Below, piece after piece: positions 37,899 through 51,033 of a stretch of 64,000 nt of DNA. Under the pieces are notes generated by a model that was not told the origin of the DNA, did not search any database, and was given only the letters and a program-made list of their open reading frames with translations. Origin of the DNA: Lama guanicoe (Eukaryota); the NCBI GenBank assembly GCA_013239625.1, contig MU056000.1, positions 10,801,175-10,865,174 of the forward strand, written 5' to 3'. Position numbers and translations under genes: made by a program. The stretch's first letter is position 1; every line of letters begins with the position of its first letter.

Positions 37899-39156
37899 TT
37901 TTTCCTTAAATTTTTGTTATTAAAGTATAGTTGGTGTACAATATACTGATTCACAACTTTTAAAGATTATACTTCATTTATTGTTATTATAAAACATTGG
38001 CTATATTCCCTGTGTTGTACAATATATCTTTGTAGCTTATTTTATACATAATAGCTTATACCTCTTAATCCCCTACCCTTATATAACCCCTCCCCCCCTT
38101 GTCTCTTCCCACTGGTAGCCACTAGTTTTTCTCCATATCTGTGAGTCTGCTTTTTTTTTTAAAAATTATATTCACTAGTTTGTTGTAATTTTTAGATTCC
38201 ACATATAAGTGATATCACATAGTATTTGTCTTTCTCTGTCTGACTTATTTCATAATGCCTTCTAAGTCATTCCATGTTATTGCAAATGACAAAATTGTAT
38301 TATTTTTTATGGCTGAGTAGCATTCCATTATATGTACATACCACATTTTCTTTATCCATTCATCTGTTGATAGACACTTAGGTTGATTCCATACCTTGGC
38401 AGTTATAAATAATGCTATTATGAACGTTGGGGTTAGTGTATATTTTCAAATTCATGTTTTGGGTTTTGGATACATGTTCAGGAGTGGAATTGCTGGGTTA
38501 TATGGTGGTTCTACTTCTAGTTTTTTGAGAAACGTCCATACTGTTTTCTATAGTTGTTACACCAATTTACATTCCCACCAACAGTGTATGAGGTTTCCCT
38601 TTTCTTTGCATCCTTGCCAACATTTGTTATTTGTGTTCTTTTTGATGATAGCCATTCTGACAGGTGATATCTCATTGTGGTGAGGTGAGATGCTATCTCA
38701 TCGTGGTTCTGATTTGTATTTCTCTGATGATTAGCAATGTTGAATATCTTTTTCTGTGTGTGTTGGTCATCTGCATTTCCTCTCTGAGAAAAAGTTTATT
38801 CAGTTCTTCTGTCTATTTTTCAATTGGGTTATTTGTTTTTGATGTCAAGTTGTATGAGCTGCTTATATATGCTGAATATTAACCGTTCATAAGTCATATC
38901 ATTTGCAAATATTTCCTCCCATTCAGTAGGTTGTCTTTGCATTTTCCTGATGGCTTTCTTTACTATGCAAAAGCTTTTAAGTTTAATTAGGTCCCATTTG
39001 TTTATTTTTGCTTTTATTTCCTTTGCTTTAGGAAACAGATCCAAAAAAATATTGCTATGATTTATGTCAAAGAGTGTTCTGCCTATGTTTTTTCTCTAGG
39101 AGTTTTATAGTATCCAGTCTTACATTTAGGTCTTTAGTCCATTTTGAGTTTATTTT
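37899..39156 (-). mobile_element. 5'-truncated L1 (ORF2 end and 3' UTR)
   Basis: ORF 38829-39044(-) KAKEIKAKINKWDLIKLKSFC...RQPTEWEEIFAN; 3' UTR homologous to 3723-3952; possible TSD tattaaatt at 37890 and 39157. Confidence 0.95.
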
Positions 39157-42100
39157 TATTAAATTGAGTTAAATTAAACTTTGACAACTAAAATATTTTT
39201 ATAACTTTCTTCAATAAAGATAGTTATTTATAATGAGAATATATTGTTCATGTGAAAAGGAGTGCTTATTATTTAAAGAAGTCTGTTGTCTTAAAACAAT
39301 AAGACAATACCCAACTCTTGCTTATATGTAGTTTTGTTTCCAAATCCTTTTCCACAGTAGAATTATGAACAAACCTTACTCTAAATCAATAATTCCAAAT
39401 TAACATCATGTGAATTAATGAAAGTTTTCTCAATAGCATTTCAGAGTTAACACACACAAACTGCAATCAAGCCATGCAACATAACTTAAAATCAGTGACA
39501 CCCACTTTTGAAAAATATTTCCACTAAAAAAGGAATAAATATTGCAATTCTATTGAATGACTAACTATTGCCTCAAGCAAAAGAGCTATGCTGTTCTAAA
39601 ATACTGTGAACTGTGTTTATAAAAATAACTATTTATTGGCCCAAGGTGCCATTATTTCTGCTTTGGGTAGAGTAAATTGGAAGAATCAACTAATGAGTTT
39701 TGCACAGGTTGGATGTACATAAACTTTCTTGAACTCTTGTTTTATCTTAGCTTCAAAGTTTCTTACTTCTAAATCCTGTTTACTTTCAGCAAAACGTGAC
39801 TTCTTCGCTTCAAAGTAAACAGGCTATAAAAAGTCTCATAAGTCATCTTGGGATTCAGAAAGCCCTTACCAAACAAAAATCTTAATGGGCTCAGTGTCCA
39901 TGATTCAGAAACATACGGATTGAATTTCCCTTTAAAATACACATGAGCTTGAAAGTTAAGGGTGAAAGTGGTTGGCCAATTGCACTTGGGGTTTTCTGGG
40001 AGCCAAGACGTTCAGAAAGGCAGTTTCCTATACACTTAGATTCAAACAGATTTTCCAGTTCAGAGGGAGCTCCTTGTAATCACAAATGATGCGTGTATGT
40101 ATCTTAAACTGTTCCCACGGAGGCTGTACGGTCTTTGTAAATATCAGGGGCATTTGGTACATTATGTAGTCAAGATAATGTGCTTCCTTATTATAAAGGT
40201 ATCAACATACATCTCTCATTACCTTTTATCCCCAAGAATGAAGATAAAACAGCTTAGTCTAGGATGTTACAAGCCTAAGAAAATTATGACCCCTGGTAGG
40301 TAAATTTAATGTAGGTGATATGTATTACCAGTTTAGACCGTTTTGTGAGTTGCCATGCCGTCTATACTTATCTGCTTTGAAAGGCAGCCTGTATAAAGTC
40401 TTTCATTCTCCCGGAGTACAGGCACCACCAAAGTCTTTGACTCTGAGTGTATATGACAGGTTTCTCCACAATAGCCTATGTATAAGATATTGAGACAAAT
40501 TTTGGTAAGTGACTTGAGCACTTGATCACGTTTTTTTTTTAAGTTATTCTCATCACATCTTTGAATTGATGGAAAGAGTTGTTCAGCATAGTCAATACTT
40601 TTTCATATCTGTATGTAGCTATCGGAGGTTTTAGGTTCTTTGGAATCTACAGGGTGCTTTTTTTCCCCCCCACTGCTAGGAAAGGGAAAATGCTAATTAC
40701 ATTTCCTAGCTTTAAGATGACATCATTTATTTAAAGGAAACTTTTAATGTGCGGGTGCTTTGCAATTGTTTTGGCTCTGTAAGCTTTGCTTTTCTAAGGA
40801 GTAGAACTAGACTTTTGACTGCATCTTGTAATATAAGGAGGGGCAGGGAAATTCTGCAGGAAAACACCTCCACTTGTGATCTCTCAATTCTACCGGAGGA
40901 ATTTATTTCTCTATGATACAGTTTTCCTACATCTAAGATAAGCCCTGATGGCCAGGTTACCCCACATATGATTTCAGAGGCCAGAATAACATTCTCGGGC
41001 TTCCCAGGTAAAATGATAATCCCCAGAGTGTTCTGTAGACACTTTTGTACATCTCAGGGTTTTGAACTAAATGATTATGCATACTCATGGGTATTCACAT
41101 GGGCCATTCCTTTGATTCTAAGTTCCCATGATAGATTGCAAATTAATGTTTTCTCCAAATGGTTTGACAGAGGTATAGGGGAAGAGCAAGGCGGTGTGCC
41201 AACACTATGGTTTATGCTGCCTTCTTGGTTATAAACCTGCCTTATATCTACCAGCTTCAAGACACATGGTGTGTCCAGGCTGTCATAATATTTATTCACA
41301 ACAGCTGGCATGCGACTGAGTGGGGTCTGTGCCTTCATTCAAATTAGACCCATGGCTTGGTTTATTTGAACTGGTACAGAAGAAGAAAAATCTTTATACA
41401 AAATGACATCTGGGAAGAGATGTACTTGCTTTTCAAAGCACTAATGGCATCATAAATTCATGAGTTTCTAAGGCCATTGCAGATGTCTGGATGGGAAATA
41501 ACACAAAAAGAGAAAAATGAAAAGTGAAATGGATATGAAGGACATTGTACTCTGGCTCCTCAGTGGTTTCCTGCAAAAACCTGAACTAACTACCAAATTT
41601 CTCTCATTAGTTAAGCAGGGACAGAGGGGAAGAGGTGGCATAGTGACTCCAACGCTGGAGTGTTACCCCCTTAACAGTTGTTGTCGTGGCCATCGATGAG
41701 ACAGTTGAGCTTTGAGGAAGTGGCCAGCCAGACAGTCAGGGCAGGGAGGGGACATCTCTCATTGGAAGTGAAGTTTCCAGGGTGCGTCAACAGACATGCG
41801 ATCATTTGTAGACTGAGTTCTGCTGGGAGGGGAGCTGGGGTTACCTGTGGTGGCCACTCGAGGTCACTGATGACTGTAATGTTAGGAAAGCCTTGGAGTC
41901 TTTCCTGTTAGTGCTAAACCTCATTTTTCAGCCACATAGCAGCTTTTCATCCTGGACTAGAAGGGGACGTGGGTCACAGGAAGAACCAGTCTTTGGGGAT
42001 ATTTCAAGTGCCAAAGATATTTCTTATCCTTCATAGCTGAGCACTTCTGAGTGAGTAACATTTTGTGATGCTAGCTGACACACTTTTCTTTTTTGTATTT

Positions 42101-42330
42101 TGTTATACCTGACCCTCTCCCAGGTTAGCCCAAGATTTCCATTGCTCAGGGGAGATGATTATTACAGCAAAAATGCAAAGAGAATGAGCTAAAAGTTTTA
42201 AAATTCCAAAATAGATTTTTAAAGTCAATTTCAGAGACAATAGTTGTGAAAGAGAAAGGTAAACCTATGTTTTCAAGAGATTTTTGAGAGAAATATTGTG
42301 TAATGTTTTTGGTGTTTTCAGAAAATAAAA

Positions 42331-42815
42331 TAGGGATATTTAACCTTTTTTTAATGCCATGGATTCTCCCTTGGCATTCTGAAGAAAACGTCTAAGAATA
42401 TTTTTAAGGCATAAAATATAATACATGGATTACAAAATTACAACTGTCTTGAACTATAGTTACCAAAAGGATAAGAGATGACACATGTCTTAAAAGTGTG
42501 TGTGCTTCTCTTCTAATGAGTTAGATGACAAGATCTAGTGGTGGGTCCAGTGACATTGTCATCCCAAAGTAATGATGAGCACAGATGACGGTCTGAGGTA
42601 TCTGTCACACCTATAGTGTGATGTGAAAGTACATGTGATTTTTTTTGTAATAAAGTCATGCATTTCTCAAATATGACTGTGGTGTGTTGCCCGAGTTGGA
42701 CCTGCAGGAAACATCAGATTCTAGTTATAGGTTGGTGAAAATAAAAGTCTATTTTTCCCAACTTAAGTTCATGGAATCCATAAATTCTTTAGAGCTGCAG
42801 ACCCAGGTTAAGAAT
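42331..42815 (+). mobile_element. Charlie4a-like hAT DNA transposon
   Basis: Termini tagggatatttaacctttt...gccatggattc and cccaggttaagaa; internal aagatctagtggtgggtcc. Confidence 0.75.
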
Positions 42816-42856
42816 TTTTTTTTAATTAAGAAAGATTTAAAAAAATTTAAATCAGG

Positions 42857-43060
42857 TTGTTTTTTTGTTTGTTTTTTATTGAAGTATAGTTGGTTAACAA
42901 TATTGTGTTATTTTCAAGTGTACAGAGATGATTTGATTTTATATACATACATATATATTTATTCTTTTTTGGATACTTTTCCATTATAGGTTTTTACAAA
43001 ATATTGAATATAGCTCCCTGTGTTATACAGTACATCCTTGTTGTTTATCTGTTTTATATA
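42857..43060 (-). mobile_element. Young L1 3' UTR fragment
   Basis: tttttattgaagtatagttggttaacaatattgtgtta...atattgaatatagctccctgtgttatacagta. Confidence 0.9.
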
Positions 43061-43424
43061 TGGTTATGGGCATCTGTAAGAATTCTTGATATGAAGGCAG
43101 AGTTTTGGTGGAGCAGGACATAAAGTTTATTTATGTACAATAGAGGGTGGGTGGAGAGCTGGACGCTTCCCCTTTGAGGGAGGGAGATGAGGGCTTGAGG
43201 AATGAAATGACAGAGGATGGCAGTGAGGATTTCAGCGCCTGGAGCTGCCCTGCCCCCACCGAGGGAGCTCTGTCTGGGCATCCTCAGGCGCTAGGCTGAG
43301 TCCAGCCAGTGCCTACAGATGTCCCTCACCACACACCAAGCAGGGCGTGGCTTCTAAGATGGAGATACAGCAGCTCAGAGGAGCAAAACCAGTACCAATG
43401 GCTAAGTTTGGTTCACATAGCACA

Positions 43425-44290
43425 CACTCATTCATTCCATATTTAGTTGACAGTGACTTCTTGAGCACCTCTCTTGTACCAGGCACTGTGCTGGATGCTG
43501 GGGATGCAGTGATGGGGATGCAGGCGTTCTCATGGTCCTGTTCTCATGGAAGTGGCACTCTGGTGGAGGATGGAGGTAAGTAATTATCAGTTAATAGAGA
43601 GTGAGAAGTGCTAAGGCATTGTTGTCCCAGTGTTAGGGCACACTGAAAGGACACACACCCAGAGTGAGGGGATCAGGATAAAACTCCTGAAGGAAGAAGA
43701 TATGCCTTTTAGAAGATGGGTTTGTGTGAGGTGAGAACATAGGCAGCAATAAGGCCTGAGGAGGGGACCATTATGTGACTATGCACCAGGAAGGTGATGG
43801 CCTGGATGGCAGTGGTGGCATTTGGGAGCAAGAGACATGGACAAAGTTAGGAGATAGTTTGGAATTAGGCTTCACAGAACTTGATAAATGATTAGTTTCA
43901 AGGAATGAGGAAGAGGTTGGAATCAAGCTTAACTTTCAGGTTTCCAGTCCAAGCCATCACCCCAAAATATCGTCACTTCAGGGAAGAGCAGAGAGTGAGA
44001 GGATCAAAAAGTTCTCAGAGAATTATCAGAGGAGAAAAATAAAGGCCTAGGGAGCATATTTCCAGGTCAAATGCTACTGAAATACAAACATCGCAAGCTT
44101 TGAGCAGTGACCGTGGCACCAAGAGCAAAGGTCTTTAAGGAACTTGACAACAGCAATTCCCTTGAAGTGGTGGGTAGGGCCTCAGACCCCAGTGAGCTAA
44201 GCAGGTAGGAAAGGGCAGGAGAAAGGAGTGAAGTCTTCAAGACAGTGGTTGTGAAGGGAAGTAGAGGAAGGATAATTGCTGGAAAAGATT
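43425..44290 (-). mobile_element. L2 fragments
   Basis: cattcattcc...ttgagcacctctcttgtaccaggcactgtgctggatgctggggatgcagtg and later antisense L2 motifs. Confidence 0.7.
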
Positions 44291-44649
44291 TGTTCAGTAG
44301 GAATCTAGATCCTGGTGGCATTAACACAAACGGAATTCAATGTTCCATGTGGCTGACGTCAGGTGGTGATGTCATCTGAAACTGAAAGGGACACGGTCAG
44401 ACTGTATGTTGAAGAGCGGAGCAGGGGGGCTCCTAAAAATGATGGGAAGGAGAGCCAGCCAGGGGAAAGAGAGTCACAGATGATAGGAGGGCCCAGGGGA
44501 GGCAGGGGATCCCAGCCGGGACTTGTCCACTACTGTTTCCTTTTGTGTCAAGGTACTTTAAGATACAGATCACTGACTGATTTTTGAAGGGCTTGAGTAA
44601 ATTTGGTAAGCCTAAAATGTCGTCCCCATTGAGTTCATAATGTCTTTTT

Positions 44650-45222
44650 GTATGAATGTTCTATTGCTGCTTAATGAATTATTACAAACTTAGCAGCTTA
44701 AATCTACCCCCATTCATTGTCTCACAATGTCCATGCCTCAGGAGGCTGGGTGTAGGCTAACTGGGTCCTCTACTCAGTGTTTGGACAGGCTGAAGTCAAG
44801 GTCCTGGCTGGGGCTGCAAACTTGTGTGAGGTGTGAGTTTTTCCTCTAAGCTTATGGGTTGTTGGTAGAATTCAGTTCCTTGCAATTGTAGGGTTGAGGT
44901 CCTGGCTTTTCAGCTGGTTGTTGGATGGGGACTATTCTCAAGTCATTACCATGTGGCCCTCTTCCGCACAGCCTCTTACTTCTTCAAGGTCAGCAGGACA
45001 ATATCTCTGACTTCCTCTTGTTTGGATTCACTTGATTAGGCCAGGCCCACCCAGGATTATCTCCCTTTTGATTAACTCAAAGTCAACTGAGTAGCAGCCT
45101 AATCATGGAGATGAAATCCCAACATTCCAAAAGTTCTGACAACACTTAAAGGGAGGGGATGCTTTGGGGCATGTTTATCAGGGGGTGGGAATCTTGGGGT
45201 TATTTTCAAGCTCTGTCTGCAG
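44650..45222 (-). mobile_element. MLT1 (MaLR) solo LTR
   Basis: ctattgctgc...acaaacttagcagcttaaa...gctgaagtcaaggt...ggtagaattcagttccttgc...cttgattaggccaggcccacccaggat. Confidence 0.88.
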
Positions 45223-45277
45223 TACTTCTTTGTAATGCCCTTTTTTTTTTTTTAAACATCGTCCTCTTCTTTTGTTA

Positions 45278-45996
45278 CTGTGGTAAATTGAACAGTTGGT
45301 TCCCATGCTTTACTCCCCTGTTGGAACACTATACATCTGCATACCTGACATGACTTTATGGTAGGGAGAGGATAATTTTCCACCCCTTGGTTTTGGGATT
45401 AACCAGGTGACTTGCTTGGAACAATAAAGGATATGAGGCTGAGACGGTGAGAAGAGTTTTCAGACCCAGGTGCAGACTGGACAGGTGTGTGAGAGGGAGA
45501 AGGAAGAAGTTTGGAGAGGAAACAGACTGCAGGGCAGTCCAAGGAAAGTTTTGGCCAGACTCACTGGAAGCTCTCAAGCCAAAGTCACTCAGTTAAGGAG
45601 TCCTGCCTCTTGCAGGAATGGACCTGCATTGACATCCTCTATTCCTGATCTCAGTCATTGGCTGCGAGTAGCCCAAGGGAAATGTGGCCCCACCATGAAT
45701 ATGGAGATGGACACACAACAGCAACAATTGGCACTTTCAGTCAGGTAATTTCCCTGCAGCAGGATATCTGAATGATGCATTCTTATGCCTCCCTGAGGCA
45801 TGAAACACATTACTAGATGTGATGTGGGCAGAGGCTTCCAAATGCTTGCTTGCAGGACTTGCCATATGATGTTACTGCCATTGTCATCACCCTCATAGCT
45901 GGCATGAGACATGTAGAGCAGAGCCACCCCTGCTAACCTGCAGAGTCATGAACGTTTATGTGGTTGTTTCTTACATGGCAATAGCTGACTGATACA
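45278..45996 (+). mobile_element. MLT1I/J-like solo LTR interrupted by another LTR
   Basis: Start tgtggtaaattgaa...caggtgacttgcttggaacaat; end ttacatggcaatagctgactgataca. Confidence 0.75.
45450..45795 (-). mobile_element. LTR33-like ERVL LTR
   Basis: cagactgcagggcagtccaaggaaagttttggccag...ctcagtcattggctgcgagtagccc...tccctgcagcaggatatctg. Confidence 0.65.
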
Positions 45997-46099
45997 ATAG
46001 CTTAATACCAAATGCCTTATGAAGCATTTTTCAGCATCATACACTAAAAGATGTTAGGTTTTATATTCTTAGGGCAAGGAGGGGAATTAAAATCTAAGT

Positions 46100-46235
46100 G
46101 GAATTATAAAATTAAAAGATCACAGTATCATTCTTATACAGATGACTAAACTGGGATCTAGGGAGGTTAAATGAAATGTCCTGGTTCACACAGCAATTTA
46201 GAATGAAAAATTAAGTTAGACCAGATTGAGTCTCC
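46100..46235 (-). mobile_element. MIR SINE fragment
   Basis: ttatacagatgactaaactgggatctagggaggttaaatgaaatgtcctggttcacacagc. Confidence 0.7.
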
Positions 46236-46774
46236 ACATATATCTCTATTGTCAGTAAAGTAGACACTGGGAAGTAACTATTGTTTCTTACACATGATAT
46301 AGATTTTAAATCTCTTGAATAATAGTTGATCATAACTCTTTTTAATTAGAACCAGATATGGAATGACTTTAAAATGGGACATCAGTTTTATTAGTGTTGA
46401 GTCTGATTTTATAGTATTTTGACTTTCTAAGATAGGAAGCTTGGAAAGAATTAAAAGCAAGAAGAAGAAAACGTGGGTATGTTGGAAAAGACAGAATGTG
46501 GAAGCTCCGACACTCTGCAGATGTGTTCTGTTTGGCAGGAACTTTTCTAAATTGAATGCGATGCCTTTAGTAGAGGTGGGTATTCTCCTGGTTTCCCGGG
46601 TTCCACCATCTTCTATTGTCTTATTCCTGGCCCATTTCACTAATGGACTGCATCTCCCTGGACCCTGAGGGAGTCTGAGTTCACAATCCCGGATCCAGAA
46701 TAATCTGTGATGCTATCCTTGTAACTACATGGCCTCAGTTAGTGGCTGCTGCACTGTAACTCCTCAATTCCCTG

Positions 46775-47085
46775 ATTCATTCGTATATTCATTGGAGGAT
46801 ATCTAGTGAGTGCCAATCTGGACAGACACTATTCTAGGCGCTTGAACAAAACCGACAGGAATTCCTTTTTTTATGGTGCTTGCTTTAAATATAATAGATA
46901 ACATGCATAATAAGTAAATTATATATAATGCTAGAAGGGGATAAATATTATAGCAAAAGAGAAAGCCTGGAGAGAGAGAGAGAGGAATCTGTTTTGTGAT
47001 TTTAAATCAAATGGTCAGTATGGACCTCGTTGGGAAGATAACATTTGGATATTTGAGCAAATACTTGATGGAGGTAAGGGAGACA
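46775..47085 (-). mobile_element. L2 3' end
   Basis: attcattcgtatattcatt...gacactattctaggcgcttgaacaaaaccgac...gataacatttg...gagcaaatacttga. Confidence 0.7.
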
Positions 47086-48409
47086 ATGTTCGAAATGAGA
47101 AAATGAATAGAGGAATCATTCCTGTGAATTGAAACATTTTTTTCTAAAACGTTTCACAAAGATAATAAATTTTCTGCTTCTGGAAGAATGGCAGGGGGTG
47201 GGGTTCCTGTGGCTTACATTTGTGAAGTTCAAGTCTTCTCTGCTTCTGTGCTTTCCTAGTATTTCCAGCGCTCGCATAAGAAGTCAGCTTGCATCTGTCT
47301 TTTCCTAGGGTTCCTGCATTATCTGGCTTATCCTAACACTGCCATATGCGTAGGCTTACTTTTGTAGAGAGAAAGTGGGATAAAGGGCTCTCCTTTAAGA
47401 GAGGAACCTACAGGTAGAAAGGGGGATGTGGGCACCATGCCACTGAGAAGACATCAATAGCTCTGTTGTGTGAGGGGCACATTTTACCGTACGGATGGCT
47501 TCCGTGAAACAGAGCTGGAGCCAAGCCACAGACAGAAAACAATTTATGTCGAAGGTGGCAGAACAAAACATCGACAGCCCATTGAATCACAATTGCAGGC
47601 TTTGACCGGTGTAACCAAGTCTAATGGAAGCCTCCATTTCACTACTGGGAGGAACTTTCTCTGGAGAAGCCGAGGTATGCATTATCAAAACAAACCTGAT
47701 CCAGAACTCAGAATCTCAGAGCTGCAGAATTGGCTACACTGGGGGAAAAAATGTTTCCCCTTCAGACAGCTATCCTGCACTAAAAGACCCCAGGGATTAC
47801 AGCCGATATCTGATCTAGCATTTAATACTGGAACACAGCATTTGTACCCAGACCCTGTGGCTTAATTCTAAAGATTCAAAGAGGTGGGTAAGAATGTTTA
47901 TGCTTCAGAGACGGAGGCTATGAGAATGGGCACCATTTCAAAAATGTCGATTTTGAAGAAGTAAGCCTAAACAAAAAGCTTTCTGTTTCTGTCCCTTAAG
48001 GAGAAATGGCACTATCCAGCCCCAGCTAGCCTGAGGCTGAATTATCGCAAGGACTGTTTTGTGTGCATTTTCAATCTGTTGTCAACACCAAAGCAAAATA
48101 TAAAGAAAGTCTTGTTACCCCTCAGGAATTTCTGGGATGTAGCTCACATTTAACTTTTCCAGGCTTGTTCACAGGCTTTGGGTAATATTTTGGTAATTTC
48201 TATCTAACAAATTGCTTTCTTTGAATCTGGTGGTGGGTGGAAAAGGAAAATGTCAACTGGATGAGGAACTATGCTGAGCATTCAGCTTGGTCTCATGTCT
48301 CTTTTGCAAATGAATCATGGCCCTCATCCAGCAGTGTGAGGGAACCGAAGACAGAGGGACCCACATCCAACTAAATCTCCGAGGAATGAGCTGATAGGTT
48401 GAAGCCAAT

Positions 48410-48590
48410 GTATTGGTTTGAGTTTCCCCCAGAGCAGCTCCTGACATAAGGACTCTAGTGCAAATAATTCACTTGGAACAGAGTAAAGACATGGGCTGAC
48501 AAAGGGAAGGTGGCCAAGAAAGACAAGCTACCACTGTGGGTGACAGGTTTACTTTTTCTGGGAGATTCTGGGAAATGACATTAATCAGAG
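48410..48590 (-). mobile_element. ERVL-type LTR fragment
   Basis: tgtattggtttgagtttcccccagagcagctcctgacataaggactctagtgcaaataattca. Confidence 0.5.
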
Positions 48591-48785
48591 CCAATCCAGT
48601 CTTCTCTCAGCTACCAAGATACTCATTAATCCATTTATTCAACAAATATTTTTGAGGGCTGCAAGGGCCAAACACTCTTCCAGGCACAGGGGTGATTAGT
48701 AAACAAAACAAAACCCCACGTCCTTGGGTAGCTTTCCTTCTGGAAGGAGAGAAAGACAAAGGCAGGAGAATTAAGTCAAGTCTAG

Positions 48786-48995
48786 ACCTGTGCTTTCCAA
48801 CATGGCAGTGTTGAGCCACGTGTGCCTACTGAGAATTTGCAATGAGGCCAGTCCAAAATGAGATATAATAATAATAATTAAGCTATATGGTATTAACCAA
48901 AATATGTCACTAAAATTAATTTCATTGATTTATTTTTTAAATGCAGCTACTAGAAAATTTAAACATATATGAGGCTCACATTATATTTCTGTGGA
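48786..48995. mobile_element. MER33-like hAT element with internal deletion
   Basis: cctgtgctttccaacatggcag...agccacgtgtgcctactgag...gctactagaaaatttaaa...ggctcacattatatttct. Confidence 0.75.
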
Positions 48996-49024
48996 ATCTG
49001 GCAATACAATGACTAGCCTATACT

Positions 49025-49150
49025 GTACCTTCAGCTGGAAACTTGTTAGAAGTGCATGATCTCTGGTCCCACCCAGACCAACTGGATCAAAGTCTTCACT
49101 TTAGCAAAATGCCCAGGTAATTTGTAGGCAGGTCAGTGTTGGAGAATTAT
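49025..49150 (+). mobile_element. MER5A1-like element
   Basis: ctggaaacttgttagaagtgcatgatctctggtcccacccagaccaactggatca...cccaggtaattt. Confidence 0.8.
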
Positions 49151-49389
49151 CAATCTACCATGTGCACTTGGTAGGTGCTGAGGTGAAGAGCAAAGCAGGC
49201 AGAGAGGATGTGACGTCCAAGTAGATTACGGCTTTATTGTCTCTAGTTTTAGATGTGGTGGGAATGTCCTCACTCAGTCTGCGGTAAGACCTCACTAAGA
49301 ACATGATAATTAAGTAAAATCTAAAGGAAGGGATGGAGCAGCCATGGAAATATGTTTGGAAATAGCTGTACCTGAGGAAGTGCATTTGA

Positions 49390-50030
49390 GGAGACTCATC
49401 CATACCTGGATACAATTTAGAACCACATACCTAAGCCTTATGCTGTGTGATGAGTTTGAGGCCTTGGGGGAGGAAGGGAATATATTTTGTATGTGAGGAG
49501 GATGTGAGTTGCTATGCCGAGTGAAGGTGGTGACAAATTGTGTGATCCAAAGATGACTGAAAATATATCTCATTCTACTTGTCCTTATGGAACCTTGTCA
49601 CTCTTCCATTGGAGTTAAAGTCTACCCCCTTTCCTTAAATCTGATCAGTGTTTGGGACTGGATTGACCAATAAAGTGGGGTGGAAGTCATGTTATATGAC
49701 TTTTCAGATAAGGTCACAAAAATGCCATATACTTCTCCTTTGTTCTCTTGGGATGCTAACTATTGGAACCCAACCACCATACTGTAAGGAAGCCCAAACA
49801 GCCTGTGGAGTGTCTCACATCAGAAGAACCCGCCTGCCATGTGAGTGAGCCACGCTGTAGGTAGATCAGCCTCAAGCTGAGACTCCTTGTCTGGTATTTC
49901 ATGGGACAAAGATGAGACATTCCTACCGCACCTGCCCAAATCACAGGCTCGAGTACAATGAATGATCATTATTGCTCTAAGCTAGTAGCTTTTGACAAGT
50001 TTTGTTTTCCAGCAATAAATAACTGAAACT
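49390..50030 (+). mobile_element. MaLR internal 3' end plus MLT1 LTR
   Basis: Purine tract ttgggggaggaagggaatatattttgtatgtgaggaggatgtga; LTR body tggaacccaaccaccatactgtaaggaagccca; end cagcaataaataactgaaac. Confidence 0.8.
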
Positions 50031-50975
50031 TGATTTTATCAATATATGACTCTATTCTATCTTCTGCTGCTGTTCAGAAGCGCTCTGTCAATCTAAACAA
50101 TGTTCTTGTTTTTTGTCTTTGTGCTTCTATTAAGAGTATATTTTGCCTTTTGTGTTTCTCAGTTTCATTCTGTTGTATCTATGTGTCAGTTTATTTGTAT
50201 ATATCTTGCTTGGGATTCATTTGATTTCTGGAAACTACACTTTTATCATATCTGGAAAAACTTCAAATATTGCCTGCTTTCCATTCTCTGTTGTCTCTAC
50301 CTGGGATTCTGTATATTTGGATGTTAGTGAATATTTCCTAGTTATAAAAACCAAACATTTAGAGTTCCAGGAAAGGAGAGGGAATGGAGCACAGGCAATA
50401 TTTCAAATGATAATGGCTGAAATTTTTTCAGATATACTCATGCTAATTTCCACTTCTCCTCAGCTGTATCTAACATGCTATTAAACCTTGTCCGTTCACT
50501 TTTTATTTTCAATTATATTTTGCATTTCTACGTAAAAGCTTCATTTGCTTCCTGCACAAGCGTATGTTGTAATTCTTTGTAGTTTCCTTTACTCTGCAGG
50601 TATTTTCAAGTGTAGCTTTTAATTTTTGCTCTGAATTGTTGGTTACTATTTACGGTTCCTTATTCCTTGGAGAATTAATTGTGAGAATTTATTGAGGTCT
50701 AGAATGAGGCTAAGTTCCTCCAGAGAGGATATGCCAGGTCCCTGGGAGCCATTCCAGTTGGAACACTCTTTAAGCTGAATACACTGCTTGAATTTGGTTG
50801 TGTGAATTTGGGCAAAAATTCTGCAAAATCAGCTTGTGTTACCATCTCTCTATCTCTCTCTCTTTCCCTTCCTTCCTTCTTTTCTTCTTCCCTCTCTCCT
50901 GCCTGCCTTTCTCCCTTCCTTCCTCCCTTCCTTCCTCCCTTCCTTCCTCCCTTCCTTCCTCCCTTTCTTTCTTTC

Positions 50976-51033
<58 letters not shown>

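Larger units (their letters stand above)
48625..49385 (-). mobile_element. L2 interrupted by MER33-like and MER5A1-like elements
   Basis: atccatttattcaacaaatatttttgagg...ccaggcacagggg; resumes at aagacctcactaagaa...aaggaagggatggagcagccatg. Confidence 0.7.
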
